DNA from: Raillietiella orientalis
Lineage: Eukaryota
Length of the DNA stretch: 64,000 bases
NCBI GenBank assembly: GCA_036172245.1
Contig: JAYWIR010000011.1
Coordinates: forward strand, 2,356,001-2,420,000
Direction of reading: 5' to 3'
A program made the translations under genes and the position numbers. The notes under the pieces were generated by a model. That model searched no databases, was not told the origin of the DNA, and worked only from the letters and a program-made list of their open reading frames with translations. Of the stretch, positions 34,626 to 46,038 are shown in pieces. Position 1 is the stretch's first letter; the number at the start of each line of letters is the position of its first letter.

Positions 34626-37600
34626 CTACAAGAAGAGCACATGGCGCGTGAGGTTCGTCCGGCTGAGGCGGAAGGAGGACGAGGGACTCGCGACCCTCCA
34701 GTGTCTTGCGGAGGCGGACGGATCGGGAGGGAACGTCTCCGACTCCCACGCCCCTCCCGACTCTTCCGTCTCTCCCTGCCTGCGAGAACCTTCCAGAAGG
34801 GCGTGCAAAAAGCTGTTGTTCCCTGAGCTACGGGAGAGCTGCCAGGATCGCGCCCTCCTCGCACGTCGCGCTCCCCTTCTTCGGCAAGCCCGCCGTCGTT
34901 TTGCTCCTTGCCGTCTCGCGCAATCTCCCCCCTCCTTTCCCCGCTCTCACTCCCCTCCTTCCAGGCGCGCTTCTCGTCTGCGGTTCCTTTGGTGAACATT
35001 CCCTCGCTTTGCCGTTCCTTGGTTCCCGGCTTTCACGACTCCAGAGTTTCATCCACTCATCGTCGGACCTTCTGCCTTCCAAACACCCCATTGTTGCGAA
35101 CGAATGGGCATTGTTGCCATGACTGCTGCCGCCGCGGGGCGCATCCGGGGGGGCGTTGTTTCTGGCACCGGTCTCGTTCGAGCCCTCTGCTTGCCACCTT
35201 TTCCGTTCATAAGGTCAAGCAGCGAGCACATCCGGGACTCCCGGGGGACACGAGAGCGGCACCCCGGGCGCGGGCCGGAGAGGGGCGGTCTCTGGCCATG
35301 AGCGCAAGAGGCGGACGGGAACTCCCCGCTGCAGAAAGGAGGCAGCGCGCCGTGGCCGGCTGGTGGGGCCTCGTCACGGCGCCCCCCCCCCGGGGGAGAT
35401 GCCTGGGAGGCTGGAGCTCCTCCCTTCCTCGTGGCCAGGGCTTTCCTGCGCCGCCGCTCCTTCTTTGCGGGCTGCCGGACGGGTTCCGAGGGCGGCTCTT
35501 CTCGGGGCCGGGAAGCCGGAGGGAGGCACAAGGAGACCCATGGAATGCCAGGAGTCCGGAAGGAGGTAGAGTCTCCGTGCCCTCCGCGGGGCGCGCGGAA
35601 CCCGCTGCCGCCATCTCCCCCTGCAGGAAAGAAGCACGGCGGTCCCCAAGACGCCCCTGGTCCACCCTCACGAGGAGGGAGGAAGGAGGTTAACCGTTTC
35701 CCCCCCTTCTTCTTCTCGCTTCCCTGCTCCCGAACCGCTCATCCGCCCGCGGCGCAACTCCAGCTGCTTTCGAGGGACGCCTCGCGGAACATCCCCGGGG
35801 GGTCCCTCTGAGGGAACGGCCCAGGCAGCCGGTAGGGATGGGACCCCCGACTCCCGAAGGAGCCTCAAGGAGCTGCTGCTTTTTCCCCCTGCCTTGGGGG
35901 GCAGCGGGCGCGCGCGCTGGTATCCCTGCTGCCCGTGGGAAAAGGGACGGGACAAGAGAGGTCCTCTCGCCCCATTTGCTTCAAGCGCAGCAGCAGCAGG
36001 GGTCGGCGCTCCTCAGCGCTCATCTGAGGAGGCTCTCTCCCGGGGCAAGGGTGGGAGGCTGGAGAGCCTCAGCCTCCGTTCGTCCGCAGGTGCTGCCTCG
36101 TTTCCGGGAGGGCCGGGAGCAGCATCCAGGGATGGGAGCGCCGGGCGGTACTCACTTCCGGATTCTGCAGGAGCGTCACCACCCTTCCTGGCTGACATGA
36201 AAGAGAGGAACAACAATGAGCGGAATCCCACCCGAGGAACGGGAGGGGAGATAGGGGACGGGCGGGGGAGGCCTGCCTTTCTCCTCTGGTGCCGCCGCGA
36301 GTCCAGCTAGGTGGGGCGCGCGCGGAGTCAGGTCGGAGCAGACAGTGAAAGAGGCCTCCGGGCGCAACGCTCGCATCCTGAGGAGGCAGTGGCAGACACT
36401 ACAGCCTCGGATCACGAGCGAATCACTCGAAGGACGCGCGAGGGGAGGGGAGGTCCTTCCCTTCTTCCGCCGCGGCTTTAACGGCCTGTCTGTCTTCCCC
36501 CTTTGTTGTCTGCGAGGGGAGTTCCGCGACGGGCGCCTGGGAGGCAGGGGTACCCTTCCCCTTCGACCCCTTGGCGCGGGGGATCGCAGCCAGGATTCGA
36601 ACCCGTGGTCGCCCTCTCGGCGCGGCGAGTTTCTTCCGGTTGGCCGGACCCCAGAGCGAGCGCCAGCCCCCTTCCGATGGCGACGGTCCCATCGTGTAGG
36701 TCCGCACCCGTGGGGAGGGTAACCCGAGCGGGTGTCACGCAGTGGATGACACCACCGTCATCTTCCGGGGATGGTCCGCGCGCGCGCGTCCTTGGAAATT
36801 CCATCCCTTGCAGAAGGCCGTCCTGTTCTGAGCCGTGCCAACGAGCCGACTGCTGCCAGAAGCGTGAACCGGCCCTTGGGGAGAGGGGAGGGGAGGAGTT
36901 GCTTTTGGCGCTCTCGAACGAGGAAGTGGGGAGACACGAGGTTCCCGCCTTCCAGAACATTCTCGCTCGGGATTCCTGAATTGCAGAGACCCTGAGGTCG
37001 AGAGGGCGGACTCCGGTTCGGAAGGCGAATCCGCGAGCGAGTGACCCCGGGCTCGCGGAGGGTGGGAGTCCGTCATCCCCCGCAAGGCGTGCCCTCACTG
37101 ACCCCTGTGGCAGCCTCCGTGCTCATTTACACGCCCAGGTCGCTTCTTCCAGACTGCCCAAAGGTGTTGCCGAGAGGGGCTCTCCCGAGCTGATCGCGGC
37201 TGCTGCCGAGGCCTCCTGGTCCAGCCCCAGCATTTGGAATCCGGAAAGGAGGGCGGTGGCGCGGAGCAGCGCAAGGGAGGAGGGGGAGTTTCCCGGGAGC
37301 GCGCACGGACTTAAGACGAGGAGGCCCCGGTCGGAGGGGCGCAGGTCCCCCCGCGGCAACCGCGCGCACGTCGGGAGGAGGCCGCGGAACGCATCTCAAC
37401 GTTCCTCCCCCCTCCATCTCCGGGACGCTGCCCGAGGGAGGGAGGCGTACCCGAAGCGTCACCTGGAGGTCCCATGGCCCGGACGCGCTTGCTTGCACCC
37501 CGAGCGTGCGCGCCGGTTGTGGTGGCTTTCGGATTCCTCGACCTGGAAGCGCCCACCCGAGGCGCGGGCTCCTCCGCCGGGCGACTGGGCGCACTAATGG

Positions 37601-40600
37601 GCCGCACTAGAGGATGCGGCGGAAGGAGACGCTCTCCTCCTGCTCCTTCGTTCCTGCCTTCCCGCGCGCGCTCCCTCGTCCCCTGCGGAAGCCCGTCGAC
37701 GACTTTGGGGAACGCAGCGGTCACGCGAGTAGTTCCTCCGCGCGCGAAAAAGGGCGAGTGGGCAAGACGGAAGGTGGAATGGGTGGGGCGGGGAGTGGAG
37801 GCAAGAAGCGACGAAGCCTCCCCCCTTCTGTGTCTTTCGGGAAGACACCAAATGGGGGGGGTTCCGCTAGTGGAACGGCGCAGTCATAGCCTCCTGGGAC
37901 CCATCGGCAGACGACGGCCGCGAGCAGCTGCGTCGGGACGGCGAATAGCCGCCCGCGAGAGGAAGGCCCTGCTCCTCCTGGGGCCGCTGCCGGAAGCGTC
38001 ATAGGGAAGACGCGCGCGTTCGATCAGAGGCGGCGCTCTTGCCCGCCCAGTCCGTGGCGGCGGTCGGGAAGGAGCGCAGGCCGACGGCGCTCCTGCGCGG
38101 AGACTGCAGCGTCCGCTCTCCTTGCGTCTGGTGGCTCCTCAGGCACCTCGAAGCGCAGGTGCGGAAACCAACGGCCACGCAACCTCAAGCGAACGCGACC
38201 ACCGGGCTCGTCAGGAAGGGGTGGAAGCACTCGGATCGACAGAGATCTTCCAGCTTCACGTGCTTCTCTTCCTTCTCTGCCTGTTTTTTTTTTTTTTCCT
38301 CTTTTCCTTCTAATGAGGTCCGATGAGGAATGTCGACGTTCATCTTTCCGAAGTAATTTGGAGAGATCAGATGGAAGCGAAAGACGTATTCTTGAAGACA
38401 ATCGAGGTCTGGTGAGATCCTCAATTAGCTCAGCATCATCTTCGTCCGTGGTGGATCCCAGGGCACGGTTTCCGAGAAGATTGGCGAAACTTTTCCAGTT
38501 GTTTTAATTAAATGAAGCGTGTAGTAATAAACGCAGTAATAAAAGCATGCGATCGGCATGAAACGCCATTACGGAAAGTTTCTCGAACACAATTAAACAA
38601 GTCGGGGGAGTTTTCCAACTTCATTTAGGAAGGATCATTAAGCGGAATCACCGCGACTTATCCAGAGATTCTGCGCCGAAGATTACAGGGACCATCCTTC
38701 ACCACTTTTAATCCCGGTTTTTCATAATTGGAACAACTGCAATTGGAACGCAGTTTATTTCTTATGGAATGCGAGGAGGGATCGAACGCTTCCCGGCCTT
38801 GGAGAGAGAGGGGGGAAAAGAGGAGAGAGAATCCAAAGACAGGTTGCCAGGCATGATGTGCAAACACGAAATCTCCTAGGGAACGCTTTCACACCCATTC
38901 GCCAAGGGCGAGAACCGCGAGCGTTTCCTCCCGGAGTGAAGAAGACCTTCCCTTTTATCGTGTCGGCTGCGCTCTTGAATTTCCCGGTCTCTGCCGTCCG
39001 GGAGCTCCCTGCGGGGAGAGGCACCACGGACGTGGCGCGAAAAAAAGGCGAGAGAAAAAAGAGCTGAGGTTGCCGCGGGAACAACGACGACCACGAGACG
39101 CCTTCCCCACCCACCCACCAAGCCATGGGGTTTTGAGGCTTGGTGGTGCGACCCGTTGGCTCCGTTGGGACATCCGAGCGCCAAAACGGAAGCTGAAACG
39201 GAAAGGAAAAAGGCGCGATCCAGCGATCCCTATTTTGAGTCAACAATGCCGTCCTCAGGTTTCCGTCCAACAATCGATTGCCCATTGTTTCGGGCAAGCA
39301 GGAGAGTCATTGTTTCGAGCTAACAATGGATCCATTGTTTCGAGCATGTACGCGCACGCGAGTGCTCGCCGATCCCGTGTTCAACTCTATCGAAGGAGCT
39401 GAAGGGATTGGAAGCCATCGCTGCGTGTTCCACGCATCCAGAAAACGCGAGGCTGGATGAAGCTGCTAAATTCATTAATTACCACATCAATAATTACGCC
39501 GGGTGCTCGGGAGTTTCGTCGTGCCGGGCACGATTCGATGAAACCCAGCTGGGAACATGGGAGCGCAAGGTACGGTCTGGTAGTTCCTGCTCAGTGCCTC
39601 CGGAGGAAATCGAAAATTCCAGAAATTTTCAACAATTACAGCAGGCTCACACCAGGACTTCCAGGCAATTAAGCATTTGGATCTCCCCCCCCCCCCTCTT
39701 TTTTTTTATTACTTCGTTTTTTTTTTTTTCTTCCAAATTCGTCTTTAATTGTTGGGAACTGGGCGTAAAGCGAAAGCCGAAGGAATCGGACGTTGCTCGG
39801 ATTGGTCGCCATTTCGTGGCCGCAGTTGCGGTCGAATGCGCAGAGGCTGCGTTCGCGAGATGTACGAGGCTGCATCCTTTGAGTGCGTGCCAAGATCTCC
39901 CCCTCCCCCTCCCTCCCTCCCCGCTCTTCGTCTGGATGCAACCAGCAGCGGGCAGAGAGCGAGCGGAAGGCGAGCAGGCGTCGCCGTCCACCCAGCGGTC
40001 TGGAGGGTGTCTCCGGCGCGCCCGCACGCGCCTGACGGGTGGGCACGGGCAGACGGCGACGCCCCGAGGCTCCCCCTCCCTCCCCTGATACACGGGAAGG
40101 GAGGGGGAGCGGTCGCGAGTCCGCGCAGGCGCGTTCGAACTGCGCGCCGCCGTCGGGAGCGTCCGTATCAGCTCTCGTCCAGAAGGGGTGCGGGAAAGCA
40201 GCGAAGAAGCGTCCTTGCTGGTGAAGATGGAAGAGGGGAGCGAGCGGGCGGGGCCGCTCGCGCAGTTGGCGACGAGCACACAGGGAAGTGAGCGAGTTTT
40301 ATCGCAACAACGCGTACGGAAGGGGGAGGGGGAGCTGCACGTTCTTCCGCTCAGACAGGATCTGCGCGCTGGGGGGCGAGGGCTGCGTCGGCAGCACCCC
40401 CCACCGTACAGGGGGGAGGTCCGCAACGACTTTTCGCGCGCTTCTGTTGGGCGGCGGCAGCAGCGGCGGGGGGAATGGCTCTCCCACGCCGCCTTCCGCG
40501 GCGAACGGCCCGGACTGACCTTTCCTCGCGGACGGAGGTCCAACACCCTCGCAGGGGAGAAACCCAACTCTCGCGGGACCGACCCTTCCCTCCTGCTCCG

Positions 40601-41429
40601 ACTCCGCCGCGCGGGGGGACGCGTTCTGGCCAAGAAAGGGGGCGGGTCGCGGCGCCCCAGGGAGGCGGGCGCCTCGACACCAGGGGTAGGTCGGCCCGAG
40701 GCTGCTGCGCAAGGCGCACGGGCTCCTGCGTCCGTCGCCGGGCTTGTCCATCCGGACCGCAGGCAGAGGAGGATGACCGAGAGGCCACAGGGTCTCAGGG
40801 GCGGGTGGAGGGGGCGCGTTGTGTCCCGTCTGGCCCACCGGGGTCCTCCCGCCCTCTCCCGAGGGTCCACCGCGAGGGTGGAAGGACACACCGACCGCAA
40901 AAAAATAAAAAGAACAAATAAAAATTGAAAATAAATAAATAAAGAGATAAGAATGACATACATAAGAAGAGCGCAAAAGCAGAGGAAGGAGGACTGCAGC
41001 AGCAAAAAATGCCAAACCTCGACTGGCGTCGCCCAGGGGCGGGTGACTGCACGAAGGCGCCTCCGTCCGGAAAGAGGGCGACGGGGGAGGATGAAGGGGC
41101 CTGAGTCGGGGAAGGGGAGGGCAGGGGGTGGCGGAGGGGAGGGCAGGGGGTGGGGGTGAAGAGGCACACGCACATCTTACCATGGCCGGGGTCCCGCGAT
41201 GGAAGGTGCTGCCTTGCCAGAACCTCCGTTCGTATCCCCGCACGTATCCCAGCAGACTCCTGGAGTACGCGAAGCCCGGATTCCAGCAGAGGGAGCCGTA
41301 GGCAAAGAGCCACATGTGACGCCCCGGCGGCTGCCATGCGCCGCCACCCGCTGTCGCCGCGGGGAGCTGCCCCGGGGGGGCGCAACGGCTCCCGCCGGCG
41401 TCCTCGCGGTAGCGGCCTCCGTGCCACAT
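34158..41429 (-). CDS. CHAC1: ChaC-family glutathione-specific gamma-glutamylcyclotransferase (CHAC1-like), 3 coding exons, ~250 aa
   Basis: Exons 41181-41429, 36156-36191 and 34158-34625 join in phase 0: MWLFAYGSLCWNPGF...RRFWQGSTFHRGTPAM|PGRVVTLLQNPE|AVTWGRAY...YLNQREVTNGKY...YLGPAP...GQSGHNVEYLLRLADFMR...DDHLFTLE. These are the ChaC signature motifs, with the catalytic Glu in RE. Confidence 0.93.
36156..36191 (-). CDS. CHAC1: ChaC exon 2 (36-nt microexon, PGRVVTLLQNPE)
   Basis: ctttcatgtcag acceptor, gtgagt donor; supplies the conserved PGRVxTL motif absent from exons 1 and 3. Confidence 0.9.
36563..36625 (-). mobile_element. Second degenerate tRNA-SINE-like copy in ChaC intron 1
   Basis: Shares tcgacccc...ggattcgaacccg...tggtcgcc with the 10.7-kb copy. 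Confidence 0.4.
41181..41429 (-). CDS. CHAC1: ChaC exon 1
   Basis: FAYGSLCW and RRFWQGSTFHRGTP motifs; donor ATG|gtaaga. The start ATG could instead be the downstream Met of MWLFAYG. Confidence 0.88.
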
Positions 41430-41432
41430 CTG

Positions 41433-41568
41433 AGGAGGAAAAGGAGGAGGAGGAGAAGGAGGAGGAGATGCTTGTCGCCACGCGTGGGGAGGCGTCTCGC
41501 GCGCGGCCTGCCTGCCTGCCTGTCTGCGTGCGTGCGTGCGAGCGTGCGTGAGTGCGTGAGTGCGTGCG
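41433..41568. repeat. (GGA)n and (GCGT)n simple repeats 5' of the ChaC ATG
   Basis: The GGA run forms a polypyrimidine tract on the minus strand; followed by (GCCT)/(GCGT) tetramers. Confidence 0.75.
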
Positions 41569-41725
41569 GGCCTGCGCGCGCGCCGGTGCCCCCTCCGGTT
41601 GACACGGCGGCGTCTCGCGACGGCGCAAGATAGGCCGCGGGAGATCCACGTGTGCGCGTCTCCACGTGGGCGCCCGCGAACGCCGCCTTCGGAGCGGGCG
41701 CGCGGCGGAGGCGATGGCGGCCAGA

Positions 41726-41734
41726 TGATGCAAC
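41726..41734. promoter_or_regulatory. C/EBP-ATF composite (CARE/AARE-like) site TGATGCAAC upstream of ChaC
   Basis: Motif about 300 bp 5' of the ChaC ATG, near E-boxes CACGTG at 41647 and 41663. Confidence 0.5.
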
Positions 41735-44700
41735 CCTTCGTCATTGCACGGCCCCGACGCCTGCTTCCTGAGAAGGGGACCTGCCGCCGCGCTCCCGCAG
41801 GCGGGTGGCGGGCGGCCAAAGGAGCACCCTCACCAGCGACGCGGGGAGGCGGGGGCACCGGGACTCGATGGGGGAACGCTCGTCCCCTCCTGCCAACCCT
41901 CTCTTCCCCTCTTTCCTTTCTTTTTGAAGGGGCGCGAGGCCGTGCCGTTTCGACCCAGCGCCCCCTTGCGAACCCTCACCGCCCGCGCCGCGAAGTACAT
42001 CCAGTGCGCGCCTCCCCTGAGCCGGGAGGGAGGGAAGGGGAGGGAGTTGCGATTCTCGCGCTGCCCTGAGAGGTGGACGATAAAAGACTCGAGGACGATG
42101 AGCGCGTCCTCCTTCCGCCGCCAGCCTAAAGGCCGCGTCGTCTTCGGCCGACGCCCGCGCGCCCTTGCCGTTGTCCTCAGCCGCCCGAACCACATGCGGC
42201 CCCCACGGCTGCCCTGGTGGTCCCTCGTGCCTGAGCGCGCGCAAGCCCTCGTGAGTCATCACCTTTCCCCCCCTTCCGTTGCCTGCCGGAACCCCCGCAG
42301 AGAGCCTCCTCCTCCCCCCTGGACGTGCCTGGTACAGGCAGCAGCGTCCCCCTGGGAAGGCGGCGCAGTAGTAGCTGCGCGAATCCCCCTCCGCGCGCAC
42401 ACGCCTTGCCTGGGACGCACGCCTGGGCGTGGCGCTCCTTCGTAGGACGGCCGTTCACTCTGCGGGGGAGGGCAGCAGGAACTCCCGGCAGAAGAAGAAA
42501 AATCGCTGCCCCTCCGGCAGGGGAAGGGGGAGGCGCCAACGAGGGCCAAGAGTGTGGCGTGGTGGGAGGGAGGGAGCCATCGGGCTGTCGTCAGCTCGTC
42601 CGCCCATGCGTGCCTCCTCACGCCGCCTCCGCAGAGCTCCGGGCCGCGGGAACGCCGGAGGGGCTCTAAGGCGGGGAGCGATGAGAAAGCCCAAGGGCGT
42701 GCTCCCCGTGCGGGAGTACTCCCGGCAAGGGTGGAGACGAGCAGACCCGTTGCGTCCCTGGGTGCCAGCGGTCCGCCGGGTGTGTCAAGGGGGCTTCCGT
42801 CCTCTGGAACTTTCCACCCTCCGGGGCAATCGGGGGAGGGGGTGAGCAATCGGGCAACGCGGACGGGGCGCTCCCTACGGAGCCACCGGGAGGCGGTCGG
42901 GCAGGGAGTCGCAAGAAGCAGCGGCCGCTGCCAACGCACCGTTGCCGGGCAAGACGGGGAAGCGGTGGTGCTCCCCGCTTGCGTGAGGAAGGTAGGGCGC
43001 TGGCCGCGGTGCTCCCCAGGAACCGCGCCGCTCCCGCGGCCGCGCCGGGATGGGGGGCCGCTCTTTTCCTCCCCTTTTCTTCCGAAATGGGGAAGCGGTG
43101 GAGGCCGAGGGTCATCTGAAGGGGGAGGAGCTTCCCCGGCGCATTCCCGGGGCAGTAGGGAAGAGGGCCACCCCGCGGGGCGAGGGGGTGGGGACGGCAA
43201 ACAAGCAGCCGAACGAACAAAGGACGGAGGCGGTGATGGCGGCCGCGCCCCTGCTGCCAACGCCCTCATCTGATGGACCGGCGCCACCTCATCCCGCCAG
43301 GAGGGGCGTGCCGAGATGGCAGCTCTTGCCGGGGTCTCGGGGTCTTCATGGCGGCCCTCTATCCGGTGCTGCCCTCGGACAAAGTCTCTTCCATACTCAC
43401 CGAACCCGTCGGATCGATGAGGGTCAGCACGTCCCACGCTTCAGAGGGTCACCGTGTCCCGTGCCAGTCTTCTCCCCGCGGAGGTTCCTCCCAGGTCCGA
43501 AGGTGCAACCCCACGCGGGAGCTGCATGAAGGAGGTCCCCGAGAGGGCACCCGATTCCCGGGGCGGCAGTCGCCCCGCCGGCTGGCACGGAGAGTCTTCC
43601 TGCCCTCTGCCGAACCGCCGCCGCCCTCCCACCCTCCCTGGAACCACCTTCCGTCGGGGAGTTGGGAAGGCCCTCGGGGTCGCGTCCCGAAACGCCACGC
43701 GGTGAGAGGGCGGCCAGGGGCGGCCCCAGAGGTCCGCGGTGGCGCCGGCGCTTCGGGAAGGCCGGCGCCGAGAGAAGGAAAGTGAAGCGAGCCCCAGTGA
43801 CAGCGGACCGGGCCGGCGAAGGGAGCCCGTGGTAAGCATCCGATCCACCACCTGCCAGAGAGGGCGCCAACGACAGGCGAGTGCTGGAGGAGCGCCAGCC
43901 GGCCTTCAGCCCGTCACCTAATTCCGGCCTCTCCCGCAAGCATAGCGCGGGCTCGGCGCCCTCCGATCCCGGGGAAGGTGACGGAGAATCCGGGAGCGGG
44001 TCTGTTGGTCTCCAAGGGAACCGCCCGACCCTTTGGGAGGACGCCTTCCGGCACCTCTCCGCGCCCGTTTCATCCGCTCCGGCCTGCGGGCGAGAGCGCG
44101 ACCGCCTCGCGTCCATTTCGTCCTACTGGCTGGCGCCTCGCAGGAAGTACGATGTGCCCGTGGGTGGTATCCTCTCGGAGGAGACCTCAGAGCTCCCTGA
44201 GAGCGCCCTACGGACGGAGGCGATCGCACGCGCGCGCGTCCACCGGCGGCACTTCGGAGCTCCAGCTGGAACGCCTCGCCATCGCGTGTCCATCTGGCAC
44301 GTGCGTGCGTGCGACACTCCTTCAAGGTGGCGCGAGACCAACAGGAGCCTTGGGGAAGGGAGAGGGGGGATAGCGGCCCGTCGCCTTCTCAACGCGCGCG
44401 GAGGGCTGTGTGAGGAGGAATATCCGGCTCATACGGAAGAGGGGACGAAGGAGAGCTGCCCCTCCGCCGGGCGGCTCCGCGCCGCACTCGAACGCGTCGG
44501 GAGCCGTCATTGTTGAGGTTTCCATGGCAAACAAACAGACGACGACGCCTTGTCACGCGGGAGCAGCACCGGCAAGAGAGGGGAAGCGAGCGTCGAATTC
44601 GCCCGGGGATCAGGTGCGGGCGTTCCTCCGGGGACGCGAATAACCTCCTTCCCCGAGGGGCACAGTCGAGCGAGCGCTTCCCCTTATCCCGCAATTCTCC

Positions 44701-45848
44701 TCGAGTTGCGTCGCTCCCTGTGCGGCGGCCCGTGCCCGTGTTCGGGAAAGCGCTCCGGTTATGTGGGAACGCTCCGGGCCGCCCACCGGCGCAGCCAGCA
44801 GGACGGCGGCAGCCCACACAGCCCTGCTCGAGCTCCCCTCCTTCTTCGGTCGCGGCCCCCACACCTTTGGAGGCGCTGGAGGGGCCTTGACATGACCTGG
44901 TCGGAGCGGGCCGCCTCGGCAAACTGCCCGAAGTGACCTCCTCAGCCGGGGTTCGCCCACCTGGGACCATTCGTCTCCAACGCGTGGACGGAGCTTCGAG
45001 AAAGTTCGGGGGGGGGGGGAGCGGAGCGCGGAGGAACGAGAAAGGTCTGGGAGTGAGGGCCCTCGTCCTTGCCATCACTCCACCCGCGGGACTCCACCCT
45101 CGTGTGCGAAACTTCCCCGCTGGTCGCCAGCGAGGGCCCACCCGGGTCCCAACCGCCCCGTTCCCCCAGAAATCTCACGCGCCAGGAGGGAGGGCAACAC
45201 CCCTTTCGGAGCCCTGCGGGAGTTTGAACCCGCTTCCTGGAGTCGAACGCCCCCCAGGGCGCAAGCCCGACGCCGGCGCCCGGATGAAGAGCGCCTTCTG
45301 ACCAGGATGAGCGGCCGCCCGCTGACGACGAGCTGGCACTGCAAGCGGCCTCCGTCGGCGCCCCCCTTTCTGGAGACCCGTCTGGGACGCGGGCGCCAGG
45401 GAGGAGGAGGTACGCTCGTGGCATCCGAGGCTGCTTGGAGCCGCGGATTCCTCTCCCCCTTCCCCCGGGCGTTCGGGATCTCTTCTGCTGGCGGTGCTGG
45501 TGGTGCCACGTGGACTGCATCGCTATCGCCGCTTGTCCCGGCTGCTGCCTGAGGGACATCCCGCGTTCAGGATCCGCCCCTCGGCGGCAGGGGTCGCAAC
45601 TCCTGGCCGTCCCCCTGGCCTGACGGCGACGGGTTCCACTCCCCCCTCCTGTTCCTCCGGGAAGCGGCGCTTCCACCCGTCGGCTGGAGCGCGGGAAAGG
45701 TAAGCACGCGGGTGGAGGGTGAACGGGGGGGAGCTCCCACCCGCTCGCAGCATGCCGGCCCTCGGATCTTGTCGCTGGCGCAGAGGGAGGTCCGAAAGCG
45801 AAAACTCTCCGGGGATAGGGCCGGGGATCCGTCCCGGACGAGAGAGGA

Positions 45849-46038
45849 TGCTAGGAGAAATGGCGAAGAGTCCGCGACCTCCTCTCCCTTCCCCCGGGGA
45901 CTGAGGTGGAGCCGGACGACCCTCGGGGCTGCCACCGCTCCGGGAGGGCGCTGCTTCCCGTCGCGACTCGCGTGTCGGTGATCTCCCCTTCCCTCTCCCC
46001 CTCCCCTCCCCGCGGACTCTTCGCCATTTCTCCTAGCA
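45849..46038. mobile_element. MITE-like element with perfect 28-bp terminal inverted repeats
   Basis: TGCTAGGAGAAATGGCGAAGAGTCCGCG (45849-45876) is the exact reverse complement of 46011-46038; 134-bp non-coding interior; no clear TSD. Confidence 0.5.

Noticed and set aside
34116..34826. + strand 236-aa ORF
   Set aside because: Antisense shadow of ChaC exon 3
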